A stretch of 62,988 nucleotides of DNA, the filler included, from Octopus bimaculoides (Eukaryota): NCBI RefSeq assembly GCF_001194135.2. It is 6 parts of 6 records of this genome, joined end to end, with 100 filler letters (N's around TTAATTAATTAA, not from the genome) between each part and the next. Parts side by side here need not be neighbours in the genome. Positions count along the whole stretch, not along the records: positions 15,533 to 31,182 come from NC_068982.1; positions 31,283 to 52,622 come from NC_068984.1; 4 more parts are not named here. One strand, given 5' to 3'. Of this stretch, positions 26,531 through 40,400 are shown piece by piece (position 1 is the first letter of the stretch; each line of letters starts with the position of its first letter). The notes beneath the pieces are model-generated. The model worked only from the letters and a program-made list of their open reading frames with translations. It was not told the DNA's origin and ran no database searches. The translations under genes were made by a program, and so were the position numbers.

Positions 26531-27221
26531 ACTTTTATTTCTATGCAAACTCTGTGAAATAGAGTATTGGCCAATTAATCTTATTTACAGAAATATTCAT
26601 AAAAAAAAGTTTTTAAAACGTCATAAAAAGGCCTAAGTTAGATAACAAAAGCTCTATCACACATACACCTCTTAGAAATTATGATGAGTAAAAGAACAAA
26701 CGATGAATACTTGTAGGAATAGAAAAGAATATCCGGCTGGTGAAGAACTACAAGTACATGTATCCAAACATAACTGTACCTAAAATGTGGTTGTCAAAAG
26801 ACGGACTCTGTTACCAGCGCCAGATGCTATGAAGCAATGAAGGTACAATTCCACAAAAATGACAAACAACGAAGCAATCCACATCTCCAGACAGAATTGG
26901 AGAATGTATCATCATTCCAGTCAATGTACACGTGATGTCAAACAACGTATGAGACGATGAAAATTAAGGAATATCCCTGATCAGACAGACTCGATGTGGT
27001 GAAAGGAAAGACCCAGGTCCTACACCAACCGCTCAAAGTCAATATTGACGCTGCAAAACTAAAAGAAGAGATTGCACAACTACAACAACGAGAAGATCAA
27101 CTCAATGAAAACCTGAAATCACAGGAAGCAAAGCAACACTCAGAACGTAAACAACTGGAAAAAATGTTAACCACAACAATCAACAGTGGAAACCAAAAAA
27201 ATCAGACAGGATAACAACAAT

Positions 27222-27269
<48 letters not shown>

Positions 27270-27270
27270 A

Positions 27271-27322
<52 letters not shown>

Positions 27323-27693
27323 TTACTACTACTACTGCTGCTACTACTACTACTACAATGTAGCAGTAGTAGTAGTAGTAATAGTAGTAGTAGTAGTAGT
27401 AGTAGTAGCGTTGATAATCTCCTCAACTACACCGATGTGACTGTGTAATAACATGGGCCTCGTCATTCCCGTCTACCTACACGACCTCAAGTATTTATCC
27501 TCATCCAAATTGTGCCGTCAAATAAGTGTAGGTGATGGCGAAGACTAAGTGTAACTACAACGGAAAATCAGGAACTGGAATTGGAGGATACTAGAGCCGA
27601 TGGGGTTATGGTTTCGACCCAACCTCAAAGATGGTATCTTAACCATACGTGAGAATGTTATCTTCCTATGCTGTATAATACTTACGTATGTGC

Positions 27694-27798
<105 letters not shown>

Positions 27799-28310
27799 CA
27801 TGCATATATGGGTGCAGGACGTCACAAACAGCAAAGAACATGAAATACGATAACAAATAAGTTGAATACGCAAACAACGAGAGAAACAGATGGAAAACAG
27901 GAAAATAACATAAAGAACGACCCTTCATCAGTTGCCGGTGGCCTATCTACTCCTCATTTCGAGCATTGAACGACAATATGAATCATCAAAGGCAGTTTCT
28001 CCCACAAAAGCCAAAATAAAATCTAAAATTTTATGGACGGTCAAAATTGGTAACAAAGATAGGACACTGGAGACATACAAGGAAACGAAACGAAAACAAA
28101 CATGGAGGATCGTTACACGAGACGAAGGTCAAATAGCGAACGCTGGAGGAATACTTTCTTTGGCAAGAGACAAGATAGAAGAGAGAGATAGATAGGATAC
28201 GTCCAACCTCTAGGACAGCCCTGAAAGAAAAGAAAGATGATCACGTGTGGGAAAAAAAAGATGGACGATGGTCACGTGTGAGCAACGAGAGAGAGTAAAG
28301 GAGAAAGAGG

Positions 28311-28346
<36 letters not shown>

Positions 28347-28550
28347 AACCGGTGAAGGGGAGAAAAAAGGAATTAGAGAGAGGATGAGAGAAAATGATAG
28401 GGGGAGGGAACAGTATAGATAGAGTCGCATTAAAAAGATTAAGATAACTTACTTGGAAATGGATGCGTAGCGTTCAATCAAATAATAATATAAATAATAT
28501 ATATATTCATATATATATATACATACACACACACATACTCAGACACACAA

Positions 28551-28609
<59 letters not shown>

Positions 28610-28683
28610 TGTGCGTGCAAATTAACCAGTTAGAAAATTTCTATAACAGATGAGAGCAGTAACTACACTGAGAAGTAATATTG

Positions 28684-29099
28684 CCACTTAAACATGGCTG
28701 ATCTGTAGGAATCGACGTTACTACTATTTTCAACACAAGGAGGACGCTGGTTATTTGATATAATCAGCATCCGATATATATTGCAAGCAGGGGAGTGAGC
28801 CCTTACCATCTTCTAGCCACAAGACCACCAGAACGTACGGTTTCGACCTCTCTGTGGTCATCCTCGGTGATAGATACTCGTCCGCTAGAGATAGTAGCTC
28901 ATTCCAGTTCGCAATAACTAGCTAATTTGCCTGGTGCAAGATCAGTGAGTGTGTCACTTGATTTCTATATATTGCGAGTTGAACTTCTGCTATCTCTAGC
29001 GGGTGCAGATTGCTTCCAATAACTAGCTGGAGTAGGCGTCCTCCTGGGATTAAAAATAGCAATGACGTCGGTTCAAACGGAGCAGCCATATTTAAGTGG
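28684..29099. mobile_element. Putative MITE with imperfect TIRs of about 65 bp
   Basis: CCACTTAAACATGGCTGATC...AGGAGGACGC at the left matches the reverse complement of 29036-29099. No convincing TSD; superfamily unassigned. Confidence 0.55.
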
Positions 29100-30206
29100 T
29101 ATAACCATTACTTATATATGTGAGTGTGTGTGTGTATGTGTCTGTGCGCGCGCGCGTGTACGTGCGTATGCGTGTATGTATGTAAGTATGTATAATAGAT
29201 AGATAGATATGAAGAAGAGATTAAGCTCGAAACGTCAAAGAGATTTCCATTTACTTGACAGTTCATTAAAGGTTGTTTACAAATTCTGAATCTGTGAGTG
29301 TGTATACACACGTACACACACACGCGAGCTCATATATATATANNNNNNNNNNNNNNNNNNNNNNNNNNNNNNNNNNNNNNNNNNNNNNNNNNNNNNNNNN
29401 NNNNNNNNNNNNNNNNNNNNNNNNNNNNNNNNNNNNNNNNNNNNNNNNNNNNNNNNNNNNNNNNNNNNNNNNNNNNNNNNNNNNNNNNNNNNNNNNNNNN
29501 NNNNNNNNNNNNNNNNNNNNNNNNNNNNNNNNNNNNNNNNNNNNNNNNNNNNNNNNNNNNNNNNNNNNNNNNNNNNNNNNNNNNNNNNNNNNNNNNNNNN
29601 NNNNNNNNNNNNNNNNNNNNNNNNNNNNNNNNNNNNNNNNNNNNNNNNNNNNNNNNNNNNNNNNNNNNNNNNNNNNNNNNNNNNNNNNNNNNNNNNNNNN
29701 NNNNNNNNNNNNNNNNNNNNNNNNNNNNNNNNNNNNNNNNNNNNNNNNNNNNNNNNNNNNNNNNNNNNNNNNNNNNNNNNNNNNNNNNNNNNNNNNNNNN
29801 NNNNNNNNNNNNNNNNNNNNNNNNNNNNNNNNNNNNNNNNNNNNNNNNNNNNNNNNNNNNNNNNNNNNNNNNNNNNNNNNNNNNNNNNNNNNNNNNNNNN
29901 NNNNNNNNNNNNNNNNNNNNNNNNNNNNNNNNNNNNNNNNNNNNNNNNNNNNNNNNNNNNNNNNNNNNNNNNNNNNNNNNNNNNNNNNNNNNNNNNNNNN
30001 NNNNNNNNNNNNNNNNNNNNNNNNNNNNNNNNNNNNNNNNNNNNNNNNNNNNNNNNNNNNNNNNNNNNNNNNNNNNNNNNNNNNNNNNNNNNNNNNNNNN
30101 NNNNNNNNNNNNNNNNNNNNNNNNNNNNNNNNNNNNNNNNNNNNNNNNNNNNNNNNNNNNNNNNNNNNNNNNNNNNNNNNNNNNNNNNNNNNNNNNNNNN
30201 NNNNNN

Positions 30207-30272
<66 letters not shown>

Positions 30273-30905
30273 TGTTCTTCCTTTTCTATGTTGTTCTTAT
30301 TTCTCTTCATTTCTTTCTGTTCTTATTATTTCAATTGCTTATAAAACCAAAACTACGAAGAACATTATTATTATTGTTGTTGTTGTTGTTGTTTCAATCG
30401 TTATTGCTGTTCTTGTTGTTACTATCGTCTCTTATTATTCTTGTTGTTGTTGCTGTACTTGTATGTTGTTATAGTGATGCTACTCCTCTTTACGACCGCC
30501 ATTATACTTCACCCCTACCCTGCACTATCACCTTATCTGCTGTTTATGGAAATTGGTTTGTTTTTCTTTCCAACTCTTCCGTTGCTAACTCCATAAACAG
30601 TTCAGACAGTACACACACTACTTCTTCTTCTTCTCTCTCTACCACCGTATATCTCTTTCACTCTATCTCCCTCTACTTATTTTATCTCTCTCCCTATCTA
30701 TCTATCTGTATGTCTATCTATCTGTCTATCTATCTATCTGTCTATCTATGTATCTATCTACCTGTCCGTCTGTCTATGTATGTATGTGTGTAAGTATGTA
30801 TGCATGTATGTATGTATGTATGTATGTATCTATCTATCTATCTATCTAACTATCTATCTATCTATCTATTTCTTTATCTATATAGCTATGTATCTATCCC
30901 ATTTT

Positions 30906-30985
<80 letters not shown>

Positions 30986-31149
30986 GCTGGCTAACTATCA
31001 CTGTCTCCCTTTACACTTATCACTGTCTCCTCCTCATCTTTAATGTTTTCTATCCCCCACCTTGAAATCGCGTACACATGAATGTACATCCATGTATACA
31101 GACTTAAACGTGTGTGTGTGTGTGTGCGTATGTGTGTTTTGTATAAACA

Positions 31150-31182
<33 letters not shown>

Positions 31183-31286
31183 NNNNNNNNNNNNNNNNNN
31201 NNNNNNNNNNNNNNNNNNNNNNNNNNTTAATTAATTAANNNNNNNNNNNNNNNNNNNNNNNNNNNNNNNNNNNNNNNNNNNNTGTT

Positions 31287-31432
31287 TTATGCATTCACTT
31301 TTTTTTGAGCTGCTGAACCTTTTACTTTTGGTCCACCAGCAGAAGCAGCTTCAGGTTCCCATTCAGAATCTTCATCCATTGATTCTTCATCAGATGGAGG
31401 CTGGTCAGAGAAATCTTCATCACCTCCAGTCA
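31287..31432 (-). CDS. APLF: APLF-like terminal exon: acidic tail (VTGGDEDFSDQPPSDEESMDEDSEWEPEAASAGGPKVKGSAAQKKVNA*)
   Basis: Acceptor cttttatttgtcttttag, phase 1 compatible with the previous exon; stop TAA at 31289-31287. DEDSEWEP resembles the DEDSDWEP motif of the APLF acidic histone-binding domain. The 3' UTR falls in an N gap. Confidence 0.82.
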
Positions 31433-32150
31433 CTAAAAGACAAATAAAAGAAGAGCATGTGTAAATAACAAGTAATTTTTATTTGCCTGTCATGGTACTT
31501 AAATGAGAATGAGATGTAAGGTGACAATGTTTTTGAGATTCCGGTTTGAATGACATGAGTGCTTTTGTTTCACTTTTGACACGTAATACTTAAATAGTGG
31601 AGGAGATATGATGTTGTTAAAATTTTTTTTTGACTAAAACCCAACTGGGACCCTAAGTAAGGCATGGGTAAAATTTGAATGAAATTGGTTGTGTAGTTCT
31701 GGAGTTTTAGGGATTCCCACAGACACACACATTCTCAATTTTACATATATATATAGATGATAATAACTTCTTCTATTATAAGGCACAAGGCCTGAAATTT
31801 TGCAGAGTGGGGGATTGGTCGAATACATTGACTCCAGTGTTTCACTGGTGCTTAATTTATCAACCCTGAAAGATGAAAGGCAAAGTTGACCTCTGAGTAA
31901 TTTGATAATAATAATAGTCCTCGTCATCATTTTAATGCCCTCTTGGTGATGCTTGCATGGGTCAGATGGCGCTTATTGTGGCAGATTTTCTATAACCAGA
32001 GGCTCTTCCTGTCACCAACCTTTACCTGTTTGCTAGCAAAGTAATATTTCCTTGTGGCCAGACATGTTTTCATAGAATATTGGAAATGAATGACACTGCT
32101 TGTAATCTCTATGTAGGAAGAAACCAACAAATATATTATATCTATTCATT

Positions 32151-32534
32151 GTTGTTAGCACTCCGTCGCTTACGACGTCGAGGGTTCCAGTTGATCCGAT
32201 CAATGGAACAGCCTGCTCGTGAAATTAATGTGCAAGTGGCTGAGCATTCCACAGACACGTGTACCTTTAACATAGTTCTCGGGGATATTCAGAGTGACAC
32301 AGTGTGACAAGGCTGACCCTTTGAATAACAGGCACAACAGAAACAGGAAGTAAGAGTGAGAGAAAGTTGTGGTGAAAGAGTACAGCAGGGTTCGCCACCA
32401 TCCCCTGCTGGAGCCTCGTGGAGCTTTAGGTGTTTTCGCTCAATAAACACTCACAACGCCCAGTCTGGGAATTGAAACCGCGATCCTATGACCGCAAGTC
32501 CACTGCCCTAACCACTGGGCCATTGCGCCTCCAC
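32151..32534 (-). mobile_element. Full-length tRNA-derived SINE (family C)
   Basis: A box TGGCCCAGTGG, B box GGTTTCAATTCC, short (AAC) tail; exact 11-bp TSD ATCTATTCATT at 32140-32150 and 32535-32545. Confidence 0.9.
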
Positions 32535-33061
32535 ATCTATTCATTAAACCTTCTAGAAATAGCAAGCCTGATCTCTTTCAAATTGCATCCTACCATTTTA
32601 AATAAATAACACTCTGGATAATGTAATTACAGATAAATATCATCAAGGTTCTTGCCAGCTTTTATTCAAAATTACTGCCCCTGTAGACATATTGGAGAAC
32701 TACATCATGCTTGTATGTTTTAATCTGGACATACTTTCTATGGTTAGAAGCCCCTCCTAACAACAACAACCAGTTTACAGAGGGTAATGAAGAGTGGTAC
32801 TATGTCATAGAACAAAGATTAAAGAGGTTATGAAGTCCTCAACAAGACTAGTAAGTCCTTTCTATGTAATATTGACTCCCTTTAATCAGCAACCACTTTA
32901 CAGAGTACACCAAGTACATTTTACTGTGGCACCAACACTAAAGAAGTTGCCTTGTCTCCTAAAATGTCTTGTCTATATAGTCTCTGACAGACAACATCTG
33001 AAAAAAAAAAAAGAAAGAAAAACAGAAGCAACAGGACTAGAACGCTTTTCATTCAAGGTCT

Positions 33062-33260
33062 GTGTGACACGTGCGGGTGACACGTAAAAGCACCCACTAC
33101 ACTCTCTGAGTGGTTGGCGTTAGGAAGGGCATCCAGCTGTAGAAACTCTGCCAAATCAGACTGGAGCCTGGTGTTGCCATCCGGTTTCACCAGTCCTCAG
33201 TCAAATCGTCCAACCCATGCTAGCATGGAAAGCGGACGTTAAACGATGATGATGATGATG
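33062..33260 (+). mobile_element. RTE 3'-UTR-derived copy
   Basis: Near-identical to 46545-46740. Confidence 0.85.
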
Positions 33261-33891
33261 TGTCATCAGAGTTGACTAGAAGTATAATACAAGTGGTGCC
33301 CTCTGGTTATGGATGTTGATACAAGGGAGATAATCATCTCTTCACAGCATGAGTTGGGATCAGAAATTTGAATTTGAGATTAAGGAATACAAAGAAATTG
33401 CATAGAGTTTTTTTAATCTAGTTCAAAGTTCTTACAATTTCGAGTTGGTGGTAATTGGGTTTCAAATTTTGGCACAAGGCCAGCAATTTCGGTGGAAAGG
33501 GTTCAACTAGTACTTATTTTATCAACCCAAAATGGTCTTAGTGACATTTGAACTTCAAATGCAAAGTCCACTCCACATTTTTGGTAACAATTCTGCTGCA
33601 TCACCATCTTTATAAGATACATATTATGAAGAAAGACATTTCATTGAAATTAACAATGAAATTAATTACACTCTGGAGGAAATTGACAGAATTTTTTTCT
33701 TCATAGAATAATGATGGTTTAGTAATCAAGAAAAAGAGAGAATGTCTTTAGTGTTAGTAATTTCCATATAATACTAAGTAAGAAAAATTTTTTTTTCTTT
33801 TTTTGATGCTAGCAACACCTACTCAAACAGAATGTATGAGATTTACTCAGCAACTGTTAATTTCATTTCCTCTTTTTAATTTGAGCATGAT

Positions 33892-34241
33892 CGTTACCAA
33901 TGTCACCTTACTGGCACTTGTGCCGGTGGCACATGAAAAAAACATTCGAGCGAGATCGTTGCCAGTGCCAGTGGACTGGCTCCTGTGCAGGTGGCACATA
34001 AAATACACCATTTTGAGCGTGGCCATTGCCAGTACTGCCTTACTGGCCTTCGTGCCGGTGGCACGTAAAAGCACCCACTACACTCTCGGAGTGGTTAGCA
34101 TTAGGAAGGGCATCCAGCTGTAGAAACTCTGCCAAATCAGATTGGAGGCTGGTGTAGCCACCTGGTTCACCAGTCCTCAGTCAAATCGTCCAACCCATGC
34201 TAGCATGGAAAGCAGACGTTAAACGATGATGATGATGATGA
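33892..34241 (+). mobile_element. RTE 3'-UTR-derived copy
   Basis: Closely similar to 573-877. Confidence 0.85.
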
Positions 34242-34731
34242 ATTGATGCTGAGATATGAAAACATAAACTTCATGGCAAAAATGGGTTTACTGATGGGGG
34301 AAAAAAAAAAAAACAATGTCAATAAATATGTTTAGCCATTTTATTCTGTGCAGCCAATATTAGATGGCATGCTGACAGAATTGTTAGCACACCACGCAAA
34401 ATGCCCAGCAGCATTTCATCAGTTTTAACATTCTGAGTTCAAACAACACATCACCTAGTCCAGGAGTCAAAACCACAATCTTACGATCATGAATCCAACA
34501 CCCTAACCCCTAAGCCACATGCCTCCACAGGGAAACATTTGGCTCCTACCTATACTAAGGGAGTGGAGCTGACAGTCCCAGTCCAGAGCCAAGAACAGAG
34601 AAGAAAAGTCATTGATGGCCAATGCTCCTTAGGGAATAAAGGGCTTGTGTAGTAAAACTCATGAATGTGGGTAGTACCAAAAAGCATTAAGGATTGAGAA
34701 ATAAGGATCACAAACAGGGCAACAAAATTAC

Positions 34732-34820
34732 CTTTAAGTGTTGTTGTCATTCTTTTTGGCCGGTTGACTGGCTCTGGCTGTATTGTGTGCTTGTATTCTT
34801 TCCGGTGCTGGGCAGTTTTT
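34732..34820 (-). CDS. APLF: APLF-like exon: end of PBZ2 (KTAQHRKEYKHTIQPEPVNRPKRMTTTLK)
   Basis: Pyrimidine-rich acceptor ending ccattctag, donor G|GTAATT; phase 2-1. Completes the second PBZ (CQYGVACYRKTAQHRKEYKH). Confidence 0.85.
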
Positions 34821-35139
34821 CTAGAATGGAACAGAAATAGGGCCGGAAAAAAGAAGAAAAGGATAACAAAATAAAACGTGTTTAACCAAGACATACAATT
34901 TGCTGTAAACTCAAAAGTGATTAATATACTCTCATTTAATAATGAGTTCATGCTGGTCACAGTCCACACCAACTTTTATATTATCTTCCCTTGCTGTAAT
35001 GTCCTACTTAATATATATCATAAAAATTACATCTTCTTCATTGAAATTAAGGAATTCATGAGATAAAGTTGCAGTATCAAATGAGTTTATAATTTATTAT
35101 ACAATTTATGAGTGTATCGTTCTTTAATCTTTTACTAGT

Positions 35140-35242
35140 TCCAGTCATTAGATTGCGAGTTCAGTCCCACTGCACAGCGCCTTGGGGAAGCCAATCAATG
35201 CCTTGTGAGTAAATCTGGTAGACATAATCTGTCTGGAAGTCC

Positions 35243-35326
<84 letters not shown>

Positions 35327-35490
35327 TGAGTGTGTGTGACCAGCGTCTATTTGTTTTCATCCCTGTGGCTTAGCTGTTGGTCAGCAGAACAAAAGGATTG
35401 ATAAATTTAAAATAAAATACTGGGTTTGATTTGTTCAACTAAAACTTATATAGGCAGTGCTCCAGCATGGTCGCAGTCCAATGAGTGAAA
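35140..35490 (+). mobile_element. SINE family A with expanded internal (GT)n
   Basis: B-box gagttcagtccc, family body, ending cagtccaatgagtgaaacaagtaaa. Confidence 0.7.
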
Positions 35491-36889
35491 CAAGTAAATA
35501 GGGGGAAAAAAAAAGAAGAAGAACCCAGTACATATATGCTTTGGTCATAACTCATTCTCTTTACCAAATATAGAAGAAAAAAAATTTTCTGCTCGTTCAC
35601 CATGCCTCTGCTACTATTTTAGATGCCCATGCATTCACAGGTAGACATAGACACTCTTGTGACCCTTGCACCTCAGACCCAGCAGAACATCAAAGACATG
35701 ACAACTGGAAGAAGGGGAGGGAGAGAGGAAAATGGTGGAGGAAATGAGATACGGAGATAGAGAGAGAGATAGATATCTTTTACTTGTTCCATGATTGTGG
35801 CCATGCTGGGGTAGTGCCTCAAAGGGTTTAAATCAAATAAATTTAAATTGACCACTATACTTAAGTCTGGAATGTATTTTATTTTCTCTCTTTGCTGAAC
35901 TGCTAAGTTACAAGGATATAAACAAACTAACACCAGTTGTCAAGCAGTGGAGAACCACACAAAAACACACACACACACATGCGCACGCAATGTGTGTGTG
36001 TGTGTAGGTATTGTACACACATTGCTTCAGTTCACTCAGCTAAAAATAAGCATCAGCAGTAGCTTGGAAAGATTAAGCTGACATCCCAGTCAAGGGTGGG
36101 GGTCATGTAAAGTATTGCACTCTCTTGATTGCTTGTATACCAAAGAAACTAGGATAAACTTTGTCAGAATGGGCCTGTAGGCTTGTGTCAAACCTATTTC
36201 TTTCTACATGTGTAATCAATGGCACATTTATATTTAGACACAACGAAAGAAGAAACTGTAGAGTTCAGCTAAGGTATCAACTATTTTTGCTATTATTTTT
36301 CTAATTATATCTAACATTTTAAAAAATATGGGAACATGAGATGACATCAACATCATCATCATCATCATCATCATCATAATCATCACCATCATTTTAATGT
36401 CCACTTTTCCATGCTTGCATTGGTCTGACAGAAATTTTTGTGGCAGATTTTCTTTGTCACTAACCCTCACCTATTTCTCCATGGAAGGGTAAAAATGAGG
36501 GACAATGCTTGTATGACAATGACGCAACTATCAGGCAATGTCAAGACAAAGAGAGACTAACAAACACACACACACACACAAGCTTCTTTTCAGTTTCCAT
36601 CTCTCAAATCATCATCATCATCATTTAACGTCCAATGTCTATGCTGGCATGGGTTGGACGGTTTGACCAGGGCTGGTAAGCTGGAAGGCTGCACCAGACT
36701 CCAGTCTGATTTGGTATGGATTTCTATGGCTGGATGCCCTTCCTAATGCCAACCACTCAGAGAGTGTAATGGATAGGTTGGTAATTGATTAATAATTGCC
36801 TGTTTTCCACCAGTCTATAAACATACCTTCTTGTCATCAGCTCTAATTTCCTTATATGCAGTGGATATAAGTATATGCAGTGGATGTGC

Positions 36890-38328
36890 ATGGTGTAAAT
36901 AGTAAGTGTTGGACAGATGATCATAAGATTGTGGTTTCAATTCTTGGATTGGGTGAAGCAATGTGTTCCTGAGTAAAACATTGCATTTCATGTTGTTCCA
37001 GTCCACTCAGCTGGTAAAAATGAGTAACCCTATGACAGACCAGCATTGTCCCCCTCCAGTGAAGATTATATATACCAGAGAAACCAGGAAACTGGCCCTA
37101 TACCCCTAAGAGAGTAATATGGACTAACCAACCTATCAGTATATGCTACCATGACAGCTAAACTATCAAGTGTCATAGAGACAGCCCCAGCAAGGCCCTT
37201 CTCACCAATCTACATAACAGAAGCAATCACTATATCCAGTGGTCATAGGCTACAAGTATCAGCCTCCTCAGTAAAGAAACCCCTCCTTTCATTAAGCTTA
37301 AATACAGTTTCTCTCAGCTACAGTAAAAGGGTCCTGCCTACGCAGTTGGACACTGTCCGAACAATTCCTTGACAGTAACCCTGAATAAATTAAGAACAAT
37401 ACAGAATGGAGACAAAGAATGAACACGATAAGGGTTCTGCAAGCAGCATCACAGGTATCCTATCTCGGTGTTAGGGTAGTAACTCATAATATGAACATAT
37501 ATACAGAGGGGAGAATTTAGTCTTGGTACAGAGATCCTCATCAGAGCCAATGGTACTAGAGATTTTCCTATTGTCAACTACTATACAGGGCTGGCTGGCA
37601 CCATAAAATGTGCCTAACCAACTCTGTGAAGTAGTTATCAATAGGGAAAGCATCTAGTCATAAAAGCACTCACAAAGCTGTATTCACCACTCTGTGGCAC
37701 CTTGGGCAAGTGTCTTCTACTATAGCCTTGAGTTGACCAAAGCTATTTAAGTGGATTCGGACAAAAGTTTTTTAATGTAACCATGGATCGATCCGAGCCT
37801 TCCAAGTGAAAATGGGTAGATTGCAACTATTCAGAAGTCCATCTGGTGGATAAAGAGGATAAAACTCCTTCCCAAATCACATAGATCATAGGGCCAGTTT
37901 CCTGGATTCTCTGGTGTATATACAGGACGCCAGTCCACTGTAGAAGTATTCATTTTTGCAAGCTGAGTGAACTGGAGCATGGTGAAGTGAAGTGTTTTGC
38001 TCAAGAACACAACACATTGCTCAGTTAAAGAATTGAAACCACAATCTTACAATCAGGAGTCCAACACTAACTACTAAGCTATGTGCCTCCACCCTGTCTG
38101 ATGCAGTGTATCTTAATATGAAGGGCCTGCCTTGTCACACACACTGGAGCATGCTGATTCTCTTTGAGAACTATGTTAAAGGTACAGGTGTCTGTGGAAT
38201 ACTCAACCACACTTGTGCTTATTCAATTAGTAGATTGTTCAATTGATTGGCCAAGAACACATGAAAATTGACAAATCCATTTACTTACAATGCATGTATG
38301 TATGCATGTATATGCATATGTATCAGTG

Positions 38329-38362
<34 letters not shown>

Positions 38363-38570
38363 CGTGTGTGTGTGTGCATGTGTTTGTTTGCAGGTATGCA
38401 CATATATAAGGCTTAGCACCAGTGACGTCACAGCTGATTTCTATCTACAGCTCAGTGAATTGGAATAAAGTGTCTTGCTCAAGAACACAACACACAGCCT
38501 GGTCCAGGAATCAAACTCACAACCTCACAATTGTGAGCCTGATGCTCTAACCACTGAGCCATGTGTATTT
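36890..38570. mobile_element. Cluster of SINE family D copies (36890-37110 plus; 37880-38092 minus; 38420-38570 minus)
   Basis: Shared core ttc(c/t)tgag(c/t)aaaaca...ccag(t)(c/t)cactcagct, reminiscent of V/Meta-type SINE core domains (inference). Confidence 0.6.
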
Positions 38571-39889
38571 CATCGATTCTTATATCTGCCTTTCTTGTTG
38601 ACACGGCTTTTAATAGGTTATGTTCTGAATTTATATGGAGTTATTGCCTGCTCAGACAGGTTAAAAAGACCCACTTGTATGTTCTGTTTACGTATGATTT
38701 CTATGACTGGATGCCCTTCCCAGCACCAACCATTTTACAGAGTGGACAGAAAACCAGTAAAGTGACAGTATTCTATCCTCTCACAGGCATGTGTGATTCT
38801 CTGTAATGACAACAACCGTTCCTGAAGCCCAAGAGCCATAATCCACAATACAGTATCACTTCCTTCACTGCAAAAGGGGATTTATCTGGTAAGGGTTTAC
38901 CTAAGAGGTCCAGTGCCTCCTATAAGTTGAAGAATACTGCAAGAAATCCATTAGGTCAAAAATTATCTTAATTCAGATTAATTTGTCAAATGAAATGCTT
39001 ATTTATTCACATTGCTTTGAATTAATAAAATATTATCTTGTAGCTTTGAGATTCTGATGATGTAACTGTTTATTTTTAGAATGACATTGTAGGGTAGGCA
39101 TGAGAGGCTGGATCTGTCCAGTTTGAACATAAAACAGATAAAATATTTTGGCCAGATATGGCCAATTTAAATGCTAATGGGTTAAAGCTGACTGTGACAG
39201 CTTGTTTTTGTTGTCATGGTTTAATCCCTTAACTTTTGTCATCTTTGACTTATTCACAAAGTAGCAGATCAGTGGAGAGAGGTCGTTCTGTCTACAAGTA
39301 AAGAGCCCTATATATCCTTCCTTTAGATGATCTGACAACAACTAGGAATCCATCACTCTCAAAGTGAATTTACAGTTTTTTCACCACCTGAAGTATGTCT
39401 CTGTCCCCACACACAATTATTATCTTCTAGAAAAGCCTGAAGGACCACTGCAATAAGTGTGAGAATCTGAGAGGGGGAATATGTTGAATAAAATCATAAC
39501 TGATCCTCCTTTTACCCAAAGTCAGGTACTTTCCAACACTCTCTTGTAAGGACAGTGAGAAAGCAGAATCATTATATGTGTGTGTGTGTGTGTGTGTCAG
39601 AGAGAGAGAGAGAGAGTTACTGTCTATTTTACGGCTGGAAAATAGAAAACCCATCAAACCAATACTAGCATGAAAAACAACGCACACACAAGTATACCAG
39701 CATCAAAAAAACAGACATGAAGAAAATGTATATTCGTTATAAATCTTCATCTGGAATCAAATAGACTAAATCTCAAAAAAGTACTCAATACATTATAATA
39801 CACACACACGCGTCCTTTCTATCAACTAGGAAGTCTTTTTGGGTGTTTGAAAGAATTCAATGTATGGGTACGCTTGTTGCTGTTCACTC

Positions 39890-40400
39890 CTGTGTGTCAA
39901 TTACAGACAAGTCTTTTGCAAGTATTTCTCGCACTACCATAACTTACATACAGCATTCCAACACTTTTTCAATATATTCAGCGTATCCACTTCCCAGATA
40001 GGAGTACAGTCCTAGCTTCTTTCCTGCTAATAATTCTAGGTGTTACTACCAAATTGGAAATGTCTTAATTCCCCAACAATTTCAGTTCATAACTAGGTCA
40101 TAAGCGAAAAGAAGTTCCCACAGAAAGCTGGTCTTAAATTTCTCTGTTATGACCCGGAGAACTATAATGAATAAACAGGAGGTGGGTGAGAACTGAGCCC
40201 TGATGCCAAATTCTTTGTTCAACTCACTGCTAACTTTCACCAAGCAGAATACATTTCTGTATATGGCTTGCAAAGCTTTTCACAAGCCATTCATCTACAC
40301 TTAGTTTTCTTAGAGATAACCAGACTACAGAGCATGGCTTCCTCCTAATCCATGAATAGCAGTTCAATGGTTGGTGTGCTCTTTGTTAAGAACTCTTGTA
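39890..40400 (-). mobile_element. RTE-clade LINE RT fragment
   Basis: LRKLSVDEWL, QAIYRNV, LFIIVLRVITEKFKT...WELLFAYDLV (decayed YADD), SGKW. Confidence 0.8.

Noticed and set aside
32440-32534. tRNA-like sequences (also 54838, 43900, 62586)
   Set aside because: They are SINE heads: they continue into family bodies and tails, recur in decayed copies, and lack a complete cloverleaf.
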